Shown one piece after another: positions 52,083-64,000 of a DNA stretch of 64,000 nt. Made by a program: the position numbers and the translations under genes. Source of the DNA: Deinococcus sp. (GTDB taxonomy: Bacteria; Deinococcota; Deinococci; Deinococcales; Deinococcaceae); contig OZ253375.1 in assembly GCA_965261005.1 (NCBI GenBank), positions 2,176,001 to 2,240,000 of the forward strand. The letters run 5' to 3'. The notes beneath the pieces are model-generated. The model saw only the letters and a list, made by a program, of their open reading frames with translations. It searched no databases and was not told the DNA's origin. Position 1 is the stretch's first letter; the number at the start of each line of letters is the position of its first letter.

Positions 52083-53543
52083 ATGGTTCAGTTCGCCCTC
52101 GAAGCTTTCCTCGACGCCCTTCGCCAGTTGACGAGCCTCGCCGTGCCGACCGGCATTCTGCTGCTTGGCTTTCTCATTACGCTGGGCGTCTTGGCGCTGC
52201 TCGACCGCGAGCGCGTCCGGGCTTGGTTGGACGGCACTCGGCGCTGGGGACCGCGCTTTTGGGCCTGGCTTTCCCTGGCCGCCGCGCTGTTTGCCGGCGT
52301 GGTGGGGCTGTCGGTGGTGCGCGCGGCCGTGAACGTGCGGCTGGGCGCCCAGGAAAACGCGCGCTTCTCGGCCCAGGCCGACCCCGAGGGCGGCGCCACG
52401 GTCCAGCCCGCGCCTTTCTCCTCCTACCTAACCGAGAAGACCTACACCCGCACCCTGACCTTGCCGCCCGACTTTCTGGACCGCCTCGGCGCGGACGCGG
52501 TGGGCGTGCTGGCGCCGTACCTGACCGACCCCAGCAGCGAGAACATCACCCGCCTCGCCGACACCTTTCGCCGCAGCGGCCGTTCGGTGGTCTTCACGCG
52601 CGAGGCCACCCTGCAAACCGAGCAGCCCATCGAGCTGGGCGAGAGCCGGGTGAACGTCGGCCTGGGCTTCATAGACCCCGTGGAGGGCGGGCGCAAGACC
52701 TACTACAACGCCGACTTTCAGGCCCAGTACAGCTTCAGCAACCCGCTTCCCACGCCGGTGCGCGCCCGCTTCCTGTTTCCCCTGCCCTACGGCAGCGGCA
52801 CCCTCAGCGGCTTCAGTTTGCGGGTGAACGGCGTAGCCGTGCCGGCCACCGACCTGTCGCGCGGCGTGGTGTGGGAGGACGTGTTGTCGGGCGGCGCCCA
52901 GGCGCGCGTGGACGTGCGCTACCGCAACCAGGGGGCGCGCGGCTGGAGCTACCAGCTCGCCTCGCGCCGCGAACCCATCGCCAACTTCGACCTCACCGTC
53001 AAGGCCGACCGCCCAGCCAAATTCGCCCGCTACAGCCTGTTTCCCACCAGTGCGCGGCGCACCCTCGGGGGTCAGCACACCTTGCGCTGGCAGCTGCGCG
53101 ACGTCATCACCGCGCAAAACGTCGCCCTCACCTTTTCGGGCGCCGCCCTGCGCGAGACCCTCTTTCAGGTCTTCACCTTCGCCCCCGCCGCCTTGTTGCT
53201 GGCGGCCCTCTTCGTGGCTGTTTGGGCCTGGAAGCGGGGCGCCCGCGTCTCGCCCGCCGCCGCCGCGCTGGCGGCCCTCGGCTTCGCGCTGGGCTTCGCT
53301 TTGATGGGCGTGCTGACCGGCTACCTGAGCGCCGTGCTGGCTGGCGTGATCGGCGCCGCGCTGGCGGTGCTGCTCTCTACCCTCGCGCTGGGCCGAACCT
53401 TCGTGTGGCCGCTGGCGTTGGCGGCGCTGACGCCGCTCGCCTTTTTGTGGGTGGACAACTCGGGGTTGATGCTCGGGGTGATCGGCGTGGTGGCGCTGTT
53501 GAGCTTGTTGTACGGGAGGCGAGCTGAGCTTGCTCGTGGGTAG
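52083..53543 (+). CDS. Inner-membrane protein, CreD-like architecture
   Basis: N-terminal TMs, large beta-rich soluble domain, multi-TM C-terminus; GGAGG SD. Confidence 0.65.
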   Translation: MVQFALEAFLDALRQLTSLAVPTGILLLGFLITLGVLALLDRERVRAWLDGTRRWGPRFWAWLSLAAALFAGVVGLSVVRAAVNVRLGAQENARFSAQADPEGGATVQPAPFSSYLTEKTYTRTLTLPPDFLDRLGADAVGVLAPYLTDPSSENITRLADTFRRSGRSVVFTREATLQTEQPIELGESRVNVGLGFIDPVEGGRKTYYNADFQAQYSFSNPLPTPVRARFLFPLPYGSGTLSGFSLRVNGVAVPATDLSRGVVWEDVLSGGAQARVDVRYRNQGARGWSYQLASRREPIANFDLTVKADRPAKFARYSLFPTSARRTLGGQHTLRWQLRDVITAQNVALTFSGAALRETLFQVFTFAPAALLLAALFVAVWAWKRGARVSPAAAALAALGFALGFALMGVLTGYLSAVLAGVIGAALAVLLSTLALGRTFVWPLALAALTPLAFLWVDNSGLMLGVIGVVALLSLLYGRRAELARG

Positions 53544-54055
53544 CCCCCACCCCCCCAGCCCCCCTACCCCCAAAGGGGGCAGGGGGGAGTGACGCTGCGC
53601 TGGGCACGTTGGGCGGCTGGAGCGTTGGAGCGCCCTGAACCGCTGGATTCGTTATCGGGTCACTGCCGCTCTCAGGAAAGCCCCTTGGTGCAAAGGCGGT
53701 GAGCCGGTAATGGGGAAACGGGGGAGATGGCGGAACCCCCCCGGCTCCTCAAGGAGGGAGGGGAGCAAAGATAAAGACTTGTCTGGCTTTTCTACCCGTC
53801 CCCTCAGCGCCCAACAGCGCCCTCCACGGGCCGTGATCGCGGCAGAGAAAGTAGTTTGGCATCTTCCCTCGCACGGACCAAGCCGGACGACACCGCCCTA
53901 CTGACGCGGTCCAACGTGCCATGCCGAGCGCAGCGAAAAGCCCCCCGCCTTTCAGGAACACGGACACGTAAACGGCCGATTCCCGAAGCGCCGGGCCGCC
54001 CCGGTGCGCGAAGAGTTGGCCCCCTCTGGGGGTAGGGGGGTTGGGGGGTGGGGGC
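53543..54055. repeat. ~510-bp non-coding element with long C/G-tract terminal inverted repeats
   Basis: ~38-bp near-perfect terminal IR plus inner IR (53593-53612 vs 53911-53935). Confidence 0.75.
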
Positions 54056-54107
54056 AAGCCCGCCAGAAAGCTCAATTCCACCTTCCCCACCGCGTTAGAC
54101 TGCCCCC

Positions 54108-56333
<2,226 letters not shown>

Positions 56334-56347
56334 AAGAAGGAGCGTTG

Positions 56348-56382
56348 TTCAGCGGGGCAGCACTTGCCCCGCTGAAGCTTTT
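56348..56382 (+). terminator. Intrinsic terminator after pnp
   Basis: TTCAGCGGGGCA...TGCCCCGCTGAA followed by GCTTTT. Confidence 0.75.
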
Positions 56383-56429
56383 CATTTTGCCCTACCGTCT
56401 AACGGGCGTTCGTTCGCTAAACTGCTGGC

Positions 56430-57614
<1,185 letters not shown>

Positions 57615-57662
57615 AAGCTGATATTTTGAACCCAGTCCAACAAAGCCGACCCTGGAGGGCGC

Positions 57663-58802
57663 ATGATAGATTTTTCCCTGACTGACGAGCAAAAGCAGCT
57701 GCAAGCCCTGGCGCGCGACTTCGCCAAAAACGAGATCATCCCGGTGGCGGCCGAGTACGACCGGCAGGAGGAGCTGCCTTGGCCGGTGATTGAGAAAGCC
57801 TTTGAGGTGGGTTTGCTGAACACCAGTATTCCCGAGCACGCGGGCGGCCTGGGGCTGGGGATGCTCGACGAGGTCATCATCGGCGAGGAGTTGGCCTACG
57901 GCTGCATGGGCATCTACACCGTCCTGATGGCCTCGGAGTTGGGCATCACGCCGATTGTGGTGGGCGGGACGGAGGCGCAACAGAAGCAGTTCCTGGCGCC
58001 GCTGCTCGATAAGCCCTCGCTGGCCGCCTTTGCCCTCAGCGAACCCAACAACGGCTCGGACGCGGCGGCCATGAACACGACCGCCGTGCTGGACGGCGAC
58101 GAGTGGGTCATCAACGGGACCAAGATGTGGATCAGCAACGGCGGCGTCGCCGAGATCACGGTGGTTTTCGCGTCCACCGACAAGAGTTTGGGCCACCGGG
58201 GCACCGTCGCCATCGTGGTGCCAAAGGACGCGCCCGGCCAGAGCTACCACAAGATCAAGCACAAGCTGGGTCAGCGCGCCTCCCTCACCTCGGAGCTGGT
58301 CTTCGAGAACGTCCGCGTGCCGAAGGAGAACGCCTTGGGCGGCGTGGGCGACGGCTTCAAGATCGCCATGAAGACCCTCGACAAGACCCGCGTTCCGGTG
58401 GCGGCCGGCTCGGTCGGCGTCGCGCGCCGCGCGCTGGAGGAGAGCGTTAAGTACGCCAAGGAGCGCCAAGCCTTCGGCAAGCCCATCGCCGACTTTCAGG
58501 CCATCCAGTTCAAGCTGGCCGAGATGAAGATGGGTATCGAGACCGGGCGCCTGATGACCTACAAGGCCGCGTGGCTGGTGGACTGCGGTTTGCCGCACGG
58601 CGCCGAGAGCGCCATCGCCAAGGCCTACTGCTCCGAGATGGCCTTTGACGCCGCCAACGAGGGCATCCAAGTCTTTGGCGGCTACGGCTACGTGGGCGAG
58701 TACCCCATGGAGAAGCTGCTACGCGATGTGAAGCTCAACCAGATTTACGAGGGCACGAATGAGATTCAGCGCGTGGTGATCGCGCGGGGGCTGCTGAAGT
58801 AG
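57663..58802 (+). CDS. Acyl-CoA dehydrogenase
   Basis: FALSEPNNGSD, GTKMWIS, RQAFGK, IYEGTNEIQ. Confidence 0.96.
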   Translation: MIDFSLTDEQKQLQALARDFAKNEIIPVAAEYDRQEELPWPVIEKAFEVGLLNTSIPEHAGGLGLGMLDEVIIGEELAYGCMGIYTVLMASELGITPIVVGGTEAQQKQFLAPLLDKPSLAAFALSEPNNGSDAAAMNTTAVLDGDEWVINGTKMWISNGGVAEITVVFASTDKSLGHRGTVAIVVPKDAPGQSYHKIKHKLGQRASLTSELVFENVRVPKENALGGVGDGFKIAMKTLDKTRVPVAAGSVGVARRALEESVKYAKERQAFGKPIADFQAIQFKLAEMKMGIETGRLMTYKAAWLVDCGLPHGAESAIAKAYCSEMAFDAANEGIQVFGGYGYVGEYPMEKLLRDVKLNQIYEGTNEIQRVVIARGLLK

Positions 58803-58864
58803 ATGAGTGTAGCATGGGGGAATGATTGGCGTCATTCTTCTGGTCGGATACACAGGGCTGACGC

Positions 58865-59509
58865 ATGTCGAACGGCTGGATGAAGAACACCCGTCCATTC
58901 TGTTTTCAACGTAAATACTCGCGCTTGTTGACTCGTTTTTTGTGTCTCTGCCGAAAAGCGAGGCTGCCAAGTAAGGGCGTAACCTCAACGCGCGTCAGCC
59001 CTGTCGGATACATTTTTGGCGTGCTCATGCTTCTACGGGGATTTCTGAAGGCCCGGTCGAACGCCGGCCCCTCCTTCCGTACAGTCCTCAATTGGTCAAT
59101 TGCCATACTTTTCGAGCCATTGATTTTTCTTGCCATAGCGCTCGCTCTCAGTGCTCTGGGAGCGCAAATTGAGGCTTGGATTATTTTGCTCGCGCTCACC
59201 GTTATCTGGCTTTTGCTTCCTTTATTGTTTTTCCACCCGACTACGATGGCGGCCCAAGAGGGTCGTCGTGTTCTTATAAACGGCAATGTATTGAGGATGG
59301 GCGTGTTGCTATTTATGGGAAGCCTGACCCTCTACCTTTGGCAAGCATCAAATAAATACACTGAAGCTGACGCGATGGGCATTATTAATATTTTTGGTGT
59401 TGTGGGCATTTTCTTTTACATCGCCTCATCTTTCGTTGTCTTTCTTTTATTCTCGTCTTACCTTACTAAAACTTTAGAGATGCCCAATTCCCTTGTTGAC
59501 TCGGTATAA
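58865..59509 (+). CDS. AT-rich hypothetical membrane protein (true start uncertain, probably further downstream)
   Basis: Four to five hydrophobic segments; markedly lower GC than the flanks. Confidence 0.5.
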   Translation: MSNGWMKNTRPFCFQRKYSRLLTRFLCLCRKARLPSKGVTSTRVSPVGYIFGVLMLLRGFLKARSNAGPSFRTVLNWSIAILFEPLIFLAIALALSALGAQIEAWIILLALTVIWLLLPLLFFHPTTMAAQEGRRVLINGNVLRMGVLLFMGSLTLYLWQASNKYTEADAMGIINIFGVVGIFFYIASSFVVFLLFSSYLTKTLEMPNSLVDSV

Positions 59510-59520
59510 TCTGGAGGCTT

Positions 59521-60279
59521 ATGAATATCCTGACCCTCATTCGGCAAGTCCCCGACGCCGAGGCGCGCGTGCGCGTCACGGGCGGGGCGGTGGACCTGGA
59601 CGGCACGACGCTGGTGATCGACGGCATGGACGAGTACGGCGTGGAGCAGGCCCTTCAGATTCGCGAGGGGGGCGCGCAGGCTGAGGTGATCGCCCTCGCC
59701 ATCGGCCCCAAGCGGGTCGAGGACGCCCTCAGAACGGTGCTGGCGATGGGCGCCGATCGGGCCGTTCACGTCGAGACGGATCAGCCCCTTGACCCCATCG
59801 CGCTCAGCAAGGTGGTGGCGCAACTCGCGCAGAGCGAGAACGTGGACTTGATCTTCGCGGGCGGGCAGCAGGCCGACTGGGACAGCCAGGCCCTGGGGGC
59901 CGCCGTCGCCGAGCGGCTGAGTTGGCCGCAGCTGACCTGGACCAACGGCCTGACGGTGTCGGGGGACCAGCTCAGCGGCAAGCACGACGTGGACGCCGGC
60001 AACGAGAGCTTCGAGGTGAAGCTCCCCGCCGTGGTCACGACCCAGCAGGGCCTCAACGAGCCGCGCTACCCGACCCTCCCCAACATCATGAAGGCCAAGA
60101 AGAAGGAGCTGCGCAAGGACAGCCTGGACCAGTACGGCGTGACCCCAATGGTGAGGTCGGTGGGCGCCGAGATTCAGGCCCGCGCCCGGCTGAACAAGGT
60201 CATAGACGGCAAGGACCCCCAGGCCGCCGCCGCGCAGCTGCTCGAACTGCTCAGAACGGAAGCGAAGGTGTTGTCATGA
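59521..60279 (+). CDS. etfB: Electron transfer flavoprotein beta subunit
   Basis: [28 protein letters not shown]. Confidence 0.95.
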   Translation: MNILTLIRQVPDAEARVRVTGGAVDLDGTTLVIDGMDEYGVEQALQIREGGAQAEVIALAIGPKRVEDALRTVLAMGADRAVHVETDQPLDPIALSKVVAQLAQSENVDLIFAGGQQADWDSQALGAAVAERLSWPQLTWTNGLTVSGDQLSGKHDVDAGNESFEVKLPAVVTTQQGLNEPRYPTLPNIMKAKKKELRKDSLDQYGVTPMVRSVGAEIQARARLNKVIDGKDPQAAAAQLLELLRTEAKVLS

Positions 60280-61229
60280 TTCTGATCGTCGCCGAGCACG
60301 CGGGGGGCAAGCTGTCCAAGAGCAGCGCCGAGATGGTCACGGCCGCTGGGGACGCCGGGCGCGAGGGGCCGGTCACGCTGTTGGTGCTGGGATCGGGCGT
60401 GGCCGAGGTCGCCGCCGAGGCCGCGCAGTTGGCCGAGCAGGTGCTGGTGGCCGACCGCCCCGAGCTGGCCGAGTACAACGCCGAGCTGTGGGCCGCCGCG
60501 ACCGCCCAGATCGCCCGAGAAGGCGAGGCGAACGCGGTCCTGATCGCCGGCAGCAGGTCGGGCCGCGAGTTCTCGCCGCGCGTGGCGGTCAAGCTGGACG
60601 CCCCCTTACTGGAGGACGTGATTTCGCTCTCTTCAGAAGGTGACGCCCTGCGCGCCCAACGCTACACCTACCTGGCCCGCGTGACCGAGACGGTGGAGGC
60701 GAGCGCGCCGACCATCGTGGTGTCGGTCAAGCTGGGCATCTTTAAGCCGGCGCAGCCGAGCGAGCAGGTGGGGGAGCAGTACGACGTGGACTTGGAGCTG
60801 CCGCGAAGCCGGGTGCAGGTGACCGGCCGGGCGGCCGAAAAGACCTCGCGCGTGGCCCTCGCCGAGGCGAACGTGGTCGTGACCGGCGGGCGCGGCGTGG
60901 GCAGCCCCGAGAAGTTCGCGGAGTTGGTGGAGGGCCTGGCCGACCAGCTGCGCGCCGGCGTGGGCGCCACCCGCGCGGTGGTGGACGCCGGCTGGCGCCC
61001 CTACGCCGAGCAGGTCGGCCAGACCGGCAAGACGGTGCAGCCGGGCGCCTACATCGCCCTGGGCGTGTCGGGGGCGGTGCAGCACCTCAGCGGCATGGGT
61101 AAGAGCAAGGTGATCGTGGCGATCAACAAGGACGCCGAGGCGCCCATCTTCAAGGTCGCCGACTACGGCGTGGTAGGCGACCTGAACGAGATCGTCCCGG
61201 CCCTGATCGAGCAGGCGCGGGGCCGGTAA
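60276..61229 (+). CDS. etfA: Electron transfer flavoprotein alpha subunit
   Basis: [35 protein letters not shown]. Confidence 0.95.
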   Translation: MILIVAEHAGGKLSKSSAEMVTAAGDAGREGPVTLLVLGSGVAEVAAEAAQLAEQVLVADRPELAEYNAELWAAATAQIAREGEANAVLIAGSRSGREFSPRVAVKLDAPLLEDVISLSSEGDALRAQRYTYLARVTETVEASAPTIVVSVKLGIFKPAQPSEQVGEQYDVDLELPRSRVQVTGRAAEKTSRVALAEANVVVTGGRGVGSPEKFAELVEGLADQLRAGVGATRAVVDAGWRPYAEQVGQTGKTVQPGAYIALGVSGAVQHLSGMGKSKVIVAINKDAEAPIFKVADYGVVGDLNEIVPALIEQARGR

Positions 61230-61252
61230 AAATGGGTGTGCGGGTGAACATT

Positions 61253-61281
61253 GTAGGGGAGGGTTTTAAACCCTCCCCTAC
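61253..61281. repeat. GTAG-type REP-like palindrome
   Basis: GTAGGGGAGGGTTT-T-AAACCCTCCCCTAC, a perfect IR. Confidence 0.8.
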
Positions 61282-61321
61282 GGCCTCCCCCACGTTCATA
61301 CCGGTATTCGTATCCATGCTC

Positions 61322-62053
61322 TTACCCGATTTGCACAATCTCCGGGTGGTAGAGCCTAGCGCGCTTCAGGGCGGCCACCACCTGACGCTCGCCGCGCCGC
61401 CCCAGCGCCTTCCAAAAGGCGTCCTCGCGGGTCAGGACCAGCAGGTAAGTGAAGTCGCCCCAGACCTCCACGCCAAAGGCGCGGCGCATCGAGCGGGCGA
61501 AGGTCTCGGTGGCGGGCACGGACAGGTCTTCCAGGGGGGCGATGAAGTGGGTGTGGCCGTCCATGACCGGGTTGGTGTGGACCTCACGTTGGTAGGCGCG
61601 GCGCTCCTCTTTGGAGAGCCTAGCGACGGCGCCCGGCGCGCAGAAGCGGGCGGCCAGGCCGGAAAAGGTGTCGCGGCAGCGGGTCGGGCGGACCTCGTAG
61701 TGGCGGCAGGCGCCGCTTTCCCGGTCGAGCAGCGGGCAAAAGCCGACCCGTTGGCGGTGGTTCTCGGCGTAACGCTCGCCTCCACTATCGTGCGCGTTGT
61801 CCCAAACTTTGCGGGCGTGGCGAGTGACGGCGTCCCACTCGGCCTCGGTTAATTGTTCGGCCACCACCAGCGCCTCGGGCAGGCTCGCCATCACCGGCAT
61901 GTCGCAGCAGCCGTGGCAGCCCGGCGCGCAGTGGACTTGGCCGCCGCGCGCCGTGAAGTTGTCCCTCCAGGCCCGCGCCCGCGCGTCATAGAGAGCGTGC
62001 TGGGCGCGCACCTCGGCCACAAGCGCGGCGGCTGGCCCCTCGGCGCGGTTCAT
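61322..62053 (-). CDS. YkgJ/FliB-family cysteine-cluster protein
   Basis: CAPGCHGCC, CPLL...CRHYEVRPTRCR. Confidence 0.88.
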   Translation of the reverse strand: MNRAEGPAAALVAEVRAQHALYDARARAWRDNFTARGGQVHCAPGCHGCCDMPVMASLPEALVVAEQLTEAEWDAVTRHARKVWDNAHDSGGERYAENHRQRVGFCPLLDRESGACRHYEVRPTRCRDTFSGLAARFCAPGAVARLSKEERRAYQREVHTNPVMDGHTHFIAPLEDLSVPATETFARSMRRAFGVEVWGDFTYLLVLTREDAFWKALGRRGERQVVAALKRARLYHPEIVQIG

Positions 62054-62147
62054 CCCCGTCACTTTAACGGTCCCGCCGGAAAGGAACGTGAAGCGCGCCA
62101 AAAGCTTCACCACCCCGCCGCCTCTATGAACGTATACTGAAGAGGAC

Positions 62148-63152
62148 GTGTTCAAACGACCTGCCAAACCCGCCCCCACGCCCGCCGCGCCGCCCGCTCA
62201 AGGCAGCTCCGAACCCGGTCAAGTGCTGGGCGACTTGCTGGTCAAGCCCAGTTTGGAAGGGGTGCTGGAAGGCGCGCTCACGCAGGCGGCGGCCTTGGTG
62301 GGCGGCGACGTCAAGGGGTTCGCGGTGCTCAGCCCGGGAGAGGACCGGGTCGCGGCGGCGCTCGGGTACGGCCAGGAGTTGGTCGGCTTGCCGCTGGCCG
62401 GACCGTGGTCGGGCGGGCGGGCGCGCGTGGTGCAGGGCGGCGCGGGCGAGCTGTTCGCGATCAACCCACCCGAGGTACGCGCCCAACTCGATTTGCTGGG
62501 CATGCGCGAGGTGAGCGCGAGCTTGGTGGCGCCGCTGCGCGACCGTGGCCGCTTTTTGGGCACCTTGGTGCTCGACCGCTACGGCGCCGTTCCCTTCAGC
62601 TCGGTGCAGCTCGACGCCGTGAGCAAGTGGGCCACCGCCGTCACGCCGCTGATCGGCATTTTGGAAAGCCGTGAGGAGGCGCGCGCCCTCAGCCGCCGCC
62701 TTTCTGGGGTGTTCGTGGAGGCGGTGGAGTCGCTGGACTTCGACGCCGTGGGCCACGCGCGCAGCGTGGCCGAGGTCGCCCACAAGCTGGGCAAGGTCAT
62801 CGGCCTTTCCGAGCGCGAGCAAGACGAGCTGTGGTACGCGGCGACGCTGCACGACCTCGGCAAGCTACAAGGTGAGGAGGGCCACGCCCTGCTGGGCGCG
62901 AACCTGCTGCACGACGTGCCCCAGCTGAAGGGGGCGCAGCTCGGCGTGCGCCACCACCACGAGCGCTGGGACGGCTTCGGCGAACCCGACCGCCTCGCCG
63001 GCGAGGAGATTCCCTTGATGGCGCGCCTCGTGGCCGTGGCCGACGCCTTTGTGCGCCGGGGAGACGTGCAGGCCCTGGCCGGCGAGAGCGGCACCATTCT
63101 CGACCCGCGCCTCGTGGCGGCCCTCGAAAAGGCTTTGGCAACCGAGAGCTGA
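62148..63152 (+). CDS. GAF plus HD-GYP-like domain protein
   Basis: GAF-like SLVAPL...GTLVLD; LHDLGK, HHERWDGFGEP, ADAF. Confidence 0.85.
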   Translation: MFKRPAKPAPTPAAPPAQGSSEPGQVLGDLLVKPSLEGVLEGALTQAAALVGGDVKGFAVLSPGEDRVAAALGYGQELVGLPLAGPWSGGRARVVQGGAGELFAINPPEVRAQLDLLGMREVSASLVAPLRDRGRFLGTLVLDRYGAVPFSSVQLDAVSKWATAVTPLIGILESREEARALSRRLSGVFVEAVESLDFDAVGHARSVAEVAHKLGKVIGLSEREQDELWYAATLHDLGKLQGEEGHALLGANLLHDVPQLKGAQLGVRHHHERWDGFGEPDRLAGEEIPLMARLVAVADAFVRRGDVQALAGESGTILDPRLVAALEKALATES

Positions 63153-63205
63153 ACTGGGAATTGGGCGCCCTTACGCGGCGGCCCCGACCCTTTATGATGG
63201 GGCGC

Positions 63206-64000
63206 GTGACCCCCGGCGCCGCCCGCTATCCCACCCTTGAGACGCTGTGCGGGCCGCTCGCCCGGCTCGGCGGCGGCGCGCACAGCCGGGTGTACGTGTC
63301 GGGCGAGTACGTGGTGAAGGTGTACCGCAACCACCTCGGCTGGAACGACTTGGAGGCGGCCAATATGCGCGCGGCGGGCCTGGGCGACTGGGTGGTGCGG
63401 TCTCTGGAGGCGGACGGCGCCCAAGTGCTGATCATGCGGCGCTTTCCCGGCCAGCCGGTCACGGCGGGGGACTTGCCCGGCGCGCTGCCGCAACTGGGCG
63501 CCTTTCTGGGGCGGCTGCACGCCACTCGGGGCGACCCGGTGAACTTGGAGCGGCTCGCGGCGCGCCTGAGGCGCTTTCGGGGCGCCCTCTCGGGCGAGCA
63601 CCTCGACGACCTGTTCGAGGCGGTGGAGGGACCCCTGCGGCGCGGCGAGCTGGAAGCCAGATCGGCGTACTGTCACCTGGACTTGTGGGCCGACAATATC
63701 TTGGTCTCGGAAAGTGGCGAGGTGCTGGTGATCGACTGGACCCGCGCCGCCTGGGACGACCCCATGCGCGACCTGGCCCTCTTAAAGACCGGCACCTTTG
63801 ACCTCTGTTCCCCAGCCGAGAGCGTGCGCTACGCGCTGGACTTGCTGCCCCAGGAGCCGGGCGCGAGAGCGCGGCTGCGCGCCTACCTGGCCCACACCTA
63901 CCTGCACGATTTGTACTGGTTTCTGATGCGCGAACCCTACGACTTCGAGGCCCAGCGCGCCCTCAAGCTGCCGCGCGCCCGCCACGCGCTGGAGGCCCTG
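63206..64000 (+). CDS. Aminoglycoside-phosphotransferase-family kinase, 3' end runs off the window
   Basis: Manual translation: LGGGAHSRVY...VVKVY...CHLDLWADNIL...VIDW...DPMRDLA; GTG start 7 nt after TATGAT. Confidence 0.88.
   Translation, partial: MTPGAARYPTLETLCGPLARLGGGAHSRVYVSGEYVVKVYRNHLGWNDLEAANMRAAGLGDWVVRSLEADGAQVLIMRRFPGQPVTAGDLPGALPQLGAFLGRLHATRGDPVNLERLAARLRRFRGALSGEHLDDLFEAVEGPLRRGELEARSAYCHLDLWADNILVSESGEVLVIDWTRAAWDDPMRDLALLKTGTFDLCSPAESVRYALDLLPQEPGARARLRAYLAHTYLHDLYWFLMREPYDFEAQRALKLPRARHALEAL

Overview
GC-rich bacterial chromosome segment, very likely Deinococcus or a close relative. This is inferred from uvsE, a DrRRA-like response regulator, many leaderless promoters and a Deinococcus-type small repeat. 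Most of the window is housekeeping: ECF sigma, slyD, der, ruvX, two cyclophilins, cmk, rpsO, tRNA-Leu(GAG), uvsE, mpg, rlmB, rpmH-rnpA-yidD-yidC, thrS, tRNA-fMet, pnp, two acyl-CoA dehydrogenases and etfBA. It also holds two S8 proteases, several ABC transporters and three toxin-antitoxin pairs. The most unusual part is a lower-GC island at about 3058-7991. It encodes a divergent HTH regulator, an orphan lipoprotein and a secreted Zn-dependent phospholipase C/P1-nuclease-fold protein with an uncharacterised C-terminal domain. A decayed IS5-family element bounds it on the right, and a 60-bp hairpin mini-element made of the same IS ends bounds it on the left. Other notable items are a cre-tag-like direct repeat before a CreD-like gene, a Cys-less MqsA-like antitoxin with a read-through toxin, a ~510-bp nested inverted-repeat/G-quadruplex element before pnp, candidate leader ORFs before der and thrS, and several small repeats that overlap gene stop codons. 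No CRISPR array or rRNA was seen. All protein calls come from motif recognition; no database search was run.
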